Shown here in pieces: positions 18,538 through 27,007 of a DNA stretch of 41,388 nucleotides. Within the stretch, counting starts at the first letter, position 1. The number at the start of each line of letters is the position of its first letter. The notes beneath the pieces are model-generated. The model was not told the origin of the DNA. It saw only the letters and a program-made list of their open reading frames with translations, and made no database searches. The DNA is taken from the NCBI GenBank assembly GCA_038060635.1, contig JBBTGK010000057.1:1-41388 (forward strand), written 5' to 3'. Both the position numbers and the translations under genes were made by a program. The DNA comes from Cyanobacteriota bacterium. GTDB lineage: Bacteria > Cyanobacteriota > Sericytochromatia > UBA7694 > JACMQJ01.

Positions 18538-18960
18538 TCACTCAATAACAATCTTCTTAGCTTTTTCCTTATCTATTTTAGGAATAACTAACTCTATTAC
18601 ACCATCAGTATATTTAGCTTTTATATTATCCGTATCTACATTACTAGCAAAACTTACTTGTTTTTGAAAAGAACCATAAACTCTTTCTTTTCTGTGATAG
18701 TTATAATCGCCTTCTTCTTTTATTTCATTTTTTTGTGCTTTCAAAGTAAGAACATTATTATTTATTGAAATATCAATATCTTCTTTTTTTATACCTGCTA
18801 AATCGGCTTTAACGATATATTCATCTTTATTTTCAAGAACATCCACAGGAGGATGAAAGTCTAAACCTTTAGGGTCTTTCCAAAAATCAGTAAACATTCT
18901 GTCTATTTGATTTTGAATTGTAGCAACTTCTTGTAATGGTTCCCATTTTACTAATCTCAT
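18538..18960 (-). CDS. Small heat-shock protein, Hsp20/alpha-crystallin family
   Basis: 140 aa. 'PPVDVLENKDEYIVKADLAGIKKEDIDI' and 'KAKYTDGVIELVIPK' are typical alpha-crystallin-domain blocks. SD GGAGGG upstream. CIRCE operator upstream. Confidence 0.9.
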   Translation of the reverse strand: MRLVKWEPLQEVATIQNQIDRMFTDFWKDPKGLDFHPPVDVLENKDEYIVKADLAGIKKEDIDISINNNVLTLKAQKNEIKEEGDYNYHRKERVYGSFQKQVSFASNVDTDNIKAKYTDGVIELVIPKIDKEKAKKIVIE

Positions 18961-18990
18961 TTTTTATCCCTCCGAAAAAATATTTTTTTA

Positions 18991-19017
18991 TTAGCACTCA
19001 CTATTATTAACTGCTAA
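18991..19017. promoter_or_regulatory. Second, imperfect CIRCE-like inverted repeat
   Basis: TTAGCACTC-N9-AACTGCTAA. One arm is perfect and the other matches 7/9 to the CIRCE consensus. It lies between the predicted -10 and the hsp20 SD, so probably in the 5' UTR. Confidence 0.5.
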
Positions 19018-19025
19018 CAAGAATA

Positions 19026-19054
19026 ATATTATCATTTATTAGCACTCTTGTCAA
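19026..19054 (-). promoter_or_regulatory. Candidate sigma-70 promoter of hsp20, overlapping CIRCE
   Basis: The minus strand reads TTGACA (19054-19049), a 17-nt spacer containing TG at the extended -10 position, then TAATAT (19031-19026). The -35 hexamer sits in the spacer of the perfect CIRCE element. Confidence 0.5.
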
Positions 19055-19065
19055 GTGAGTGCTAA
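19039..19065. promoter_or_regulatory. CIRCE operator (HrcA binding site), perfect consensus
   Basis: TTAGCACTC-TTGTCAAGT-GAGTGCTAA matches the canonical TTAGCACTC-N9-GAGTGCTAA exactly. Confidence 0.85.
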
Positions 19066-19192
19066 TAAATTATTTCTAAAATATTTTTGTTTATATTATT
19101 AATAAGCTTAAAATATTTCAATTTATCATTATGTAATACTGAGATGATATATAATAAAATCTGATTTATTTGAATAAAAATAAAAATTTTAA

Positions 19193-20827
19193 ATGACTTA
19201 TAGCATACAAAAAATAGAATATCTGATTGATCAACAAAAATTTAATCTCATCATAAATATTCTAAATCATGAACAAGAAAAAAATGATTTAAGTTATTAT
19301 TTTTTAGCTAAATGCTATCTTTTACAAGAAAATTATTTATTAGCTTATGAAAATATTCAAAAAGCAGTTAATATTTCACCTTATGGTTTTTATAAAAATG
19401 ATATTTTTTCTGTTTTATTAAATGAATTGTCAACTTGTGGGAAAATAGAAACTAATAGGCAAAAAATTATTATAGATAGTTATGATAAATTTTCAACTCA
19501 TGCAAGAGCTATTTATCCTTTTGCAGATTGTATTACTTTATCAGAATTAGAAAAACTTAATTATTTAAAAGCAGATTATTTTATCATTCCAAATTGGTTA
19601 TCGCCATCTCATCCCATTTATGAAAAAATTGAAGAGTTAAATATTCCTGTAATATCAATGATTGTAGACAGAATTATTCATGCAGAAGAACATATAAAAC
19701 CTAATTTAATTTATGCTGATTTAATTGTTTGTATGGAAAATTATGCTGTCGAATTATATAAAAAGCAAGGTTTTGAAAATGTTATATACATACCTTGTGC
19801 AGGTTCTGTTGGTTATGATCCTTATATATATCCACCAATAAAAACGGAAAAAAAATATGATTTGGTTTTTTTAGGGAATATAAAATCAAATTATACTAAC
19901 TACATTTATAATAATAGAAAAAAAATCTTAGATAAATTAGAAGAGCTTCAAAATAAATATAATATATTAATAAAATCAACCCCTTCTTATAATGAATATG
20001 TAACTTTAACCTCAGAAGCAAGAATTTGTTTAGATAGTACTATAGATAGCAAAGCTTTAAATTATAGGGTTTTTCAAGCTATGGGTATGGGTGTTTTATG
20101 TTTTTCAGAAGATGATAATGATATGGTAAAAGAGCTTTATACAGATAAGAAAGACTTAGTTTTATATAATACAGATAATTTAGAAATTTTAATTAATTAT
20201 TATCTTAATAATCAAGAAGAAAGTAATAAAATAGCAAAAAATGGACAAATTAAAACAACTCAAAATTATACTCATTACCATTTTATAAAACAAGTAATTG
20301 ATGAAGCTAATAAAATGGATCTTAAAAAAAGTCAGAAAAAAAACTTAAGTCAAAATACAATTTCTATGTACAAAGGTATTATGTATTATTATAAAAAAGA
20401 TTATATTAAAGCAATAAGCTATTTTGAGAAAATTATAAATAATAATAATAATGAGAAAAACAATAATATTTTTGTTCAAAAATTATGCTTATATGAAGAA
20501 AATAAATCTCAAGAATTAGAGTTTGAAATAAACAATATATTTAAAAATAATGAAAATAATGTTTTAATAGCATTTAATTATTATATTTTTTTATTTTTTA
20601 TAAAAAAAGAACCTGATAAAAACTTAATTGCTAATATAAAATCAAAATTAGAATCAAAACAATTTGATTATACAGGGCTTATTTTTCTACCAAAAAATCA
20701 ACCAGATTTTGAACTTTTTTATAAATTAAACCATGGTGAAATTATTTTTGAACATGGTATAAATTCAGAAATTTTTATCAATAATTTTTATTTATTACTC
20801 TTAAAAATAATAGAAACTTTTAGATAA
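19193..20827 (+). CDS. TPR-like N-terminal region fused to a CgeB-like glycosyltransferase domain
   Basis: 544 aa. The central block 'KYDLVFLGN...NRKKIL...LNYRVFQAMGMGVLCFSED' resembles the CgeB/YkvP-type glycosyltransferase-like domain. The ends are helical and repeat-like. Family assignment was made by eye only. Confidence 0.55.
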   Translation: MTYSIQKIEYLIDQQKFNLIINILNHEQEKNDLSYYFLAKCYLLQENYLLAYENIQKAVNISPYGFYKNDIFSVLLNELSTCGKIETNRQKIIIDSYDKFSTHARAIYPFADCITLSELEKLNYLKADYFIIPNWLSPSHPIYEKIEELNIPVISMIVDRIIHAEEHIKPNLIYADLIVCMENYAVELYKKQGFENVIYIPCAGSVGYDPYIYPPIKTEKKYDLVFLGNIKSNYTNYIYNNRKKILDKLEELQNKYNILIKSTPSYNEYVTLTSEARICLDSTIDSKALNYRVFQAMGMGVLCFSEDDNDMVKELYTDKKDLVLYNTDNLEILINYYLNNQEESNKIAKNGQIKTTQNYTHYHFIKQVIDEANKMDLKKSQKKNLSQNTISMYKGIMYYYKKDYIKAISYFEKIINNNNNEKNNNIFVQKLCLYEENKSQELEFEINNIFKNNENNVLIAFNYYIFLFFIKKEPDKNLIANIKSKLESKQFDYTGLIFLPKNQPDFELFYKLNHGEIIFEHGINSEIFINNFYLLLLKIIETFR

Positions 20828-21016
20828 TTTCTTTAATAGTGATACAAATACCTATACTTATCACATTATATTAAGTTACAATTGTAAATGTATAATTTAA
20901 ATAAGTCTTCATATATAAAAAATTTTAGAACTAAATAGTAAATAGTTTTTAATTTTATAATCAATAATTTTTTATATATAAATTCATTTTCAATATATTT
21001 TTGTTGGTTAAGGTAA

Positions 21017-23026
21017 ATGAAACAAAAAATAATAAAGTTTTTAATAGGTATAGTAATGATAGTAGTTTTTATACTTACCTATTTTACAGCTAACTTTGGA
21101 AAGATTATTGAATCAAGTCTTTATGACAAAAGATTTGATATAAGAGGTGAAAGAGAAGCTAGTAAAGATATAGTAATAGTTGCAGTAGATAATTTTTCTA
21201 TGGATGAATTAGATATATGGCCTTGGCCAAGAGATTATCATGCTCAAATAGTAAAAAATCTAAAATCTTATGGAGCTAAAGTAGTTTCATTTGACGTTTC
21301 TTTTACAAAACCATCAAAAGATCCTCTAAAAGATCAAGTATTTGCAGAATCAATGAAAGAAGCTAAAAATGTTGTTTTGGGTAGTATGTTTATAGGTGGT
21401 TCTTTTAGTAAAGTTCAAAGCTCTTCAGGAGAAGCCGAAGAATCAGCTTCTTATACAGCACCTGATTATTTTGAAGAAATGATACCTGATATTATAAAAT
21501 ATGGTGCCGTTAATTTTGATAGGGATATGGATAAATCTATAAGGTCTGGTCAAATTTCATTTGATATAGGTGATTTAATGCCATCTAGTCAAGTTTTTAA
21601 TGAAAAATATGAACCTTCATTAGCATTACAAACCATAAAACAATTTAAACCAGAAAGATACAAGGAATTAATAGCAAAATATAAAGATGAAAAAATTCTT
21701 ATAAATTTTGCAGGGCCTTCAAAAACCTATAAAACAGTTTCTTATTCTAGTGTTCTTAAAGGTAATGATGGACTTCTTGAAAAAGGAGCAAAAAGCTGGA
21801 GTGATGTTTTTAAAGATAAAATAGTATTAATTGGTTCAAATGCAGAAATTTTACATGATAATTTCTCTACTCCTTTTACTGGTGTTCCTCTTATCGGAGG
21901 TTTATTAGGAGAAAGAGATAGAGATGAAATGCCAGGAGTTGAAATCCATGCCGCTTTAATTGATACTTTATTAAATGATATTCAATATACAAAAGCACCA
22001 ATAGAACTTGATATGGGAATTGTGTTTTTATTAGGTCTTGTATCAATGATAATTTCGATATATTTAAATCCTTTTGCAGGAACATTAGCAATACTAAGTA
22101 CATCTATTATTTATTTAATTGTAAACGTAACTGTTTTTTGGCAAAATAGATTATGGCTTGACATGTTCGCTCCTTTAGCAATAAACGTATTTGTTTTTGC
22201 TGTTGTTTACTCATATAGATTCTTTATTGAAGAAAAAGAGAAAAGAAGAGTTAGAAATATCTTTAAGAGATATATGTCTCCAGCATTAGTTGAGGAAGCA
22301 CTTAAAGATCCTGGTAAAATACCAACTCTTGATGTTTGTGATAAAAAATTTGTAACTGTTCTTTTTTCGGATATAGCAGGTTTTACTACAATGTCTGAGA
22401 AATTTCCTCCTGAAGAAGTAAAAAGAGTTTTAGATGAATATTTAACTGCTATGACTCAAATTGTATTTGATAACAAAGGTGTTTTAGACAAATATATTGG
22501 TGATGCTATTATGGCTGTATATGGAAATATTGGAAGCGAAGATCATCCAACAAATGCTTTTAGAACAGTAAAAACAGCTATAGAAATGACAGATAAAATG
22601 AAAGAATTAAGACAAAAATGGGTTGCAGAAGGTTCTATTGCTATGCAAATAAGAATTGGTATTCACTCTGGTGAAGCTTTAGTTGGAAACTTCGGTTCTC
22701 CATTAAAAATGGATTATACCGTAATAGGAGATACAGTTAATACAGCAGCTAGACTTGAAGGTTTGAATAAAGATTTTGGAACTACTGTAATGATAAGTCA
22801 TTCAACTTATGAACTTATAACTGATATGGTAAATGTAAGAAGCCTTGGACCAGCATCTGTAAAAGGTAAATCTGAAAGTTTACATGTATATGAAGTATTA
22901 AGTATTAGTGAAGTTGGTCAAGGTAAATTGACTGAAGATAAAAACAACAGTAAGAAAACCAATTGGGGTAAAAATGACAAGAAAACTAATTGGTCAAGAG
23001 GAAGTAAAGATACTACTTGGAAATAA
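21017..23026 (+). CDS. CHASE2 sensor-domain class III adenylate cyclase
   Basis: N-terminal TM, then a periplasmic CHASE2-like region (VIVAVDNFSMDELD.WPWPR), three TM helices, and a cyclase domain (VTVLFSDIAGFTTMSE, KYIGDAIMAVYG, DYTVIGDTVNTAARLE). The Lys before IGD suggests ATP specificity. The C-terminal tail carries three KKTNW-like repeats. Confidence 0.9.
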   Translation: MKQKIIKFLIGIVMIVVFILTYFTANFGKIIESSLYDKRFDIRGEREASKDIVIVAVDNFSMDELDIWPWPRDYHAQIVKNLKSYGAKVVSFDVSFTKPSKDPLKDQVFAESMKEAKNVVLGSMFIGGSFSKVQSSSGEAEESASYTAPDYFEEMIPDIIKYGAVNFDRDMDKSIRSGQISFDIGDLMPSSQVFNEKYEPSLALQTIKQFKPERYKELIAKYKDEKILINFAGPSKTYKTVSYSSVLKGNDGLLEKGAKSWSDVFKDKIVLIGSNAEILHDNFSTPFTGVPLIGGLLGERDRDEMPGVEIHAALIDTLLNDIQYTKAPIELDMGIVFLLGLVSMIISIYLNPFAGTLAILSTSIIYLIVNVTVFWQNRLWLDMFAPLAINVFVFAVVYSYRFFIEEKEKRRVRNIFKRYMSPALVEEALKDPGKIPTLDVCDKKFVTVLFSDIAGFTTMSEKFPPEEVKRVLDEYLTAMTQIVFDNKGVLDKYIGDAIMAVYGNIGSEDHPTNAFRTVKTAIEMTDKMKELRQKWVAEGSIAMQIRIGIHSGEALVGNFGSPLKMDYTVIGDTVNTAARLEGLNKDFGTTVMISHSTYELITDMVNVRSLGPASVKGKSESLHVYEVLSISEVGQGKLTEDKNNSKKTNWGKNDKKTNWSRGSKDTTWK

Positions 23027-23104
23027 GTATTTAGAATTAATTAATGTCCATTTTTGTATAAGTGAAGGGTGAAAAGTGATGAGTGATGAGAAAGAATCTT
23101 GCAG

Positions 23105-23130
23105 GGATTTGATTCATCAAATCCTTTATA
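23105..23130 (+). terminator. Probable intrinsic terminator after the cyclase gene
   Basis: GGATTTGA-TTCA-TCAAATCC (8-bp stem) followed by TTTATATAATTT. Confidence 0.55.
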
Positions 23131-23164
23131 TAATTTCAGGATGTTATTTAATTTCTGATCCTAG

Positions 23165-23827
23165 ATGATTTCTAAAATACTGAGCTTTTTTTCAAAAAAA
23201 AATAACTTTTATACTGAAGAAAAGCTCTTTTTTACTGAAGAATATTTAAATACATTAAAAGATGAAATAATGAAATCATCTTATTTAAAAAAAAATAATT
23301 TAAATTATAATTTTTCAGGAACTTTGGGATTTACCATTGTTTTTAAAAAAGGCTTTGAGAAAGAAGTAATTAAACGTTTTCCTTTTTTTGATAAGTATCT
23401 TGAAAAAATATATAATGATGATTTTAATGTTTATTATCTAAATCCATTAGTTATGAGTTCAGGTTCAAAAATAAAAAAACATGTAGATCATAGCCTAAGA
23501 AGTTATTATATAAATGTTGATTTACCAAAGTTAGTAAACGTTCTTTATGTTCATATTCCTATTCTTGAAGGGGGTAATTTGATCCTTTATGAAGAAAAAA
23601 AATTTATTGCTAAAATAAAACCTGAAAAAAATAAATTATTAAAATTTAAAGGAACACTTAAACATGAAGTAACACCTGTTATAATTAAAAAAGAAAATGA
23701 AGTTAGAATAAGTCTAGTTTGTGAACAATATTCTATAGATAAGGATATTCTTACAAAAATACCAGATTTTTTAATTCTTTCTTCTGCTCAATTTAGTGAT
23801 TTTTTAGAAAATGAAATGGAGTTATGA
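23165..23827 (+). CDS. 2-oxoglutarate/Fe(II)-dependent oxygenase-like protein
   Basis: HVD (HxD) at 'KIKKHVDHS', a distal His in 'LKHEVTPV' about 60 residues later, and R-I-S 14 residues after that. Together these match the HxD...H...RxS facial triad / 2OG-binding pattern. No clear SD at the annotated ATG. Confidence 0.6.
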   Translation: MISKILSFFSKKNNFYTEEKLFFTEEYLNTLKDEIMKSSYLKKNNLNYNFSGTLGFTIVFKKGFEKEVIKRFPFFDKYLEKIYNDDFNVYYLNPLVMSSGSKIKKHVDHSLRSYYINVDLPKLVNVLYVHIPILEGGNLILYEEKKFIAKIKPEKNKLLKFKGTLKHEVTPVIIKKENEVRISLVCEQYSIDKDILTKIPDFLILSSAQFSDFLENEMEL

Positions 23828-24384
23828 TGGGTACATTAGAAGTTACAAAAGAGAAATTATATAATTTCTCATCTTTTTTAAATGAAGATGGTTTTGCTGC
23901 TCAAGTATATGAACCAGATGAAAATAATATAATTTATCAACTTTTAATTCCTATAACACCAAATGAAGGTGAAACGGAAGAAGAAACACCTTTGATACAA
24001 GTAATGTTTGTTGAAGATGTTTTAGAAGTTTCTGGACATATTACAAAAGAAATTAATGATACTTTTATTCTTCAGTTTTTTGTTCCTATTCTTATAAATA
24101 ACCAAAAATTTGATATTAATGAAATGAATATATTTTTATCTTATCTAAATAAGCTTGTTCCAATTGGATATTTTGGAAATGGAGTAGAAGGAATATTTTT
24201 TAGACATACAGTTGTTACCAACGCAAAAAATATTGAAAGAGAAACATCATTAGAAATAGTTAGACTTATTTCTTTTTTTACTAAAAGATTTTATAAAAGA
24301 ATTTTAGCTCTTGCAGAAGGAAATAAAACAAAAGAAGCTCTTTTAAAAGAATTAGATGATGAAATAAAAGGGTTAAATCTTTAA
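23824..24384 (+). CDS. Hypothetical protein, translationally coupled to the oxygenase
   Basis: 186-aa ORF whose ATG overlaps the upstream TGA (ATGA). It vaguely resembles YbjN/chaperone-like proteins, but no diagnostic motif is present. Confidence 0.5.
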   Translation: MMGTLEVTKEKLYNFSSFLNEDGFAAQVYEPDENNIIYQLLIPITPNEGETEEETPLIQVMFVEDVLEVSGHITKEINDTFILQFFVPILINNQKFDINEMNIFLSYLNKLVPIGYFGNGVEGIFFRHTVVTNAKNIERETSLEIVRLISFFTKRFYKRILALAEGNKTKEALLKELDDEIKGLNL

Positions 24385-24468
24385 TTAAACTTGAATATTT
24401 TAAAATACACAAGGGCGTATACGTCCTGTGTGTGATATAAAAATAAAAGAAAAAATAGGAAACAAGTA

Positions 24469-25605
24469 ATGAAAAAGAGAATAACTTTAATTTTATTAAT
24501 CTTATTATTTTTAAGTTTTGCTGAAACAATTAGTGTTGCTAAAACTTATTCTGAAGAATTTTCAATTAAAAGCAAAGATAAGTTAACTAATGTTACAGGA
24601 GAAATTGATTTTCCAACTTATGAGAATGTTAAGTTCCCCCTTATTTTAATGGTTCCTGGTACAGGTTTATTTGATAGAGACGTTTTATTTGGTGAATCAT
24701 ATACTGAAAAGGATAAGATATTTAAAGATTTATCTGAAAATTTAATTGAAAAAGGTATTGCCACTGTTAGATTCGATAAAAGAGGAATAAAATGTAAATG
24801 TAATAATGATAAATTTACCAAAAATTATTATAAGGAATATGTGAATAAAGACATAACAATACAACAAACCCCTGAAGCCCTAAGAGATGATATTGAAGAA
24901 GTTTATAATTATGCAAAAAATAATTCAAGAATAGACACTGATAAGATTTTAATATTGGCTCACTCAGAAGGATCTGTACATGTTGCCTATCTTGTAAAAA
25001 ATAAAAAAATTAATCCGAAGGCAATTCATTTTATGGGAATGATAAGTGAAAGTCCAGCCAGTCTTATTAAGTGGCAAATGGTAGATAGAATAAATGATAT
25101 TATTTTGTCATTGGATAAGAATAAAGATAATAAAATTACAAATACCGAATTAGATAAGGCACAAGGATTTAATGCTACTTTTGCAAAAGCCTATAAAAAG
25201 GAGAAAAATGGGTATTGGAAAAAATCTGATTTAATTAAAAAATTAGAAAATGATTATTTAGAAACTAAAAAGGATGCAATATCACATAAAGATTCAGAGG
25301 TAATTTTTGGATATAACTCTTATAAATGGTGGAAAATGTTTTTTGAAGATAATAATAAAGTTATAAATAATTTACTTGAATATGAAGGTAAGATTTATGT
25401 CCACAATGGAGACATAGACAGTCAAACGCCAGCTACTAGAGAATTTAAATTTATTAAGGAAGTAGAAAATAAATTTAAAATAAAGCCAACTTTAAAGTTA
25501 TATAAAAATAAAGGCCATACATTATCAAATGATCGTTTATTTGGACCAATAGATGACAATTCAAAAAGAGAATTAATTAAATATATTGAAGAAAGTGTAA
25601 AATAA
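24469..25605 (+). CDS. Secreted alpha/beta-fold hydrolase with an embedded EF-hand-type Ca-binding loop
   Basis: Signal peptide (LILLILLFLSFAETISVA). Nucleophile elbow AHSEG (S166). Candidate Asp (NGDIDS) and His (NKGHTL). Canonical 12-residue EF-hand loop DKNKDNKITNTE at residues 216-227 (nt 25114-25149). Confidence 0.7.
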   Translation: MKKRITLILLILLFLSFAETISVAKTYSEEFSIKSKDKLTNVTGEIDFPTYENVKFPLILMVPGTGLFDRDVLFGESYTEKDKIFKDLSENLIEKGIATVRFDKRGIKCKCNNDKFTKNYYKEYVNKDITIQQTPEALRDDIEEVYNYAKNNSRIDTDKILILAHSEGSVHVAYLVKNKKINPKAIHFMGMISESPASLIKWQMVDRINDIILSLDKNKDNKITNTELDKAQGFNATFAKAYKKEKNGYWKKSDLIKKLENDYLETKKDAISHKDSEVIFGYNSYKWWKMFFEDNNKVINNLLEYEGKIYVHNGDIDSQTPATREFKFIKEVENKFKIKPTLKLYKNKGHTLSNDRLFGPIDDNSKRELIKYIEESVK

Positions 25606-25758
25606 AATACGGCACACAGCATTGTGTATATGAACGGACTCAGTGGATATACAAGTATTCGTTGATTAACTTACTTTAATAAAATATAATGAATATGTTT
25701 GATGAATCAAACCGCTTTTATATATTGTTTGTAGTAGTTTAAAGAAAAAGGAGAAAAA

Positions 25759-26964
25759 GTGAAAGGATATATAGTTTTTAATGGTAATATTCAATTTGAA
25801 GCAGATTTTATTGATAAATTTAGGAATTTAATATTATCCTCACATCATTCTGATCCTATTGTAAAAGATTCAAAAAAAGTTTTATTAATAACTGCTGCAT
25901 GGCAAAAAAGAGAATTTCAAGAAAGTCATGTAAAACAAGCTTTATATAATATTGGATTACAACCTAAATTTAAAGATGGTTTTGATCAAAACATACAAAA
26001 CCTTTCTGTATATCATGATTTTAATATTTTTAAGAAAGAAGAAGATAAATTACATGCTTTTTATCATTCAAAACAAAAACTAATACAAAAAGTAAAGGAA
26101 TTTTATAGAGAAAAAAATTCTGGACTAATTTCAATTTTTCAAAAACAAATAAAAAATCTCAAAAAAACTTTTAGACAATTAACATTACATCAAATATTAA
26201 GTTACAATCCTAAAAAAAATAACGAAAATTTTACAGATTATAATCAATTTCAACTACTTTATCATTATGCTTGTTTAGATATTCAAAATACAATGACTCA
26301 AATAAAAGAGAATGATTCTTTAATGACGAATGTATGCAAAGAAATAGATGATTATTTTTTTATTAACTCTAATATTAGCAAAAATGAAACATATATAGCA
26401 TTAAGATAAAGATTAAAAGAAAGGATTCTTTCATCAAATACAATATTTATTTTTGGTGGTCATGTCGCAGTTCTTTATAATAGACTTAATTTTTTTAAAT
26501 TAAAAGATACTTTTGCAGAAGCATTAAATAGAGGAACTAATTTTTATACAGTTTCTGCTGGTTCTCTTTCATTATGTGAAAATATTATAGTTTTTGATGA
26601 TAATTCTAAAGAATGGGAAACAAATTCTAATATGTTTGATTTTGAATATTTTGATTTGGGTTTTAGTTTAGTAAAAAAAGTTCAAATTTTTCCACATTGC
26701 AAAGATTATATAAATATGAAAGATCCAGAAACTATTTCATACACTTCTCATCGTTTTGATAAAAACTTATGTGTTGGAATGGATCAAAATTCCTTTTTAT
26801 TATTAGAAACTTATGAAGAAAATGGAAAAGAATATGAAAAGTTTACTTCCATAGGAAAAGAAGAAGGTTTATATCTATTTAATAAAGATGGTTCTATTCA
26901 TACTACAAAATATGGAGAAGAATTAGTTTTACCTGGTACTAAAATATATGAAAAAATGAATTGA
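25759..26964 (+). pseudogene. Peptidase S51 (dipeptidase E/cyanophycinase)-like gene interrupted by one in-frame TAA
   Basis: The track ORFs 25759-26409 and 26632-26964 are in the same frame. The only stop between them is TAA at 26407-26409. Translation after it continues as RLKERILSSNTIFIFGGHVAVLYNRL...FYTVSAGSLSLCE...IFPHCKD, which carries the S51-type G-x-SAG serine and PH motifs. Strong AAGGAG SD before the GTG start at 25759. Confidence 0.6.
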
Positions 26965-27007
26965 TTGGATATAATAGTTAATATAGGTATTTTTTTTAGA
27001 GTTTAAA

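Noticed and set aside
25698-25711. A shared TTTGAT-N2-ATCAAA palindrome occurs here and at 23108-23121, both upstream of uncharacterised genes, and could be a common operator.
   Set aside because: The arms are only 6 bp in an AT-rich genome. Both sites are followed by T-rich sequence after a gene end, so they look like ordinary weak terminator hairpins. Similarity does not extend beyond the arms.
26407-26409. The in-frame TAA could be evidence for stop-codon reassignment or an alternative genetic code.
   Set aside because: TAA terminates many well-supported genes in this window at expected lengths, including mutS, tpx and hsp20. TGA and TAG also act as stops. An isolated nonsense codon is better explained by a pseudogene or a sequencing error.
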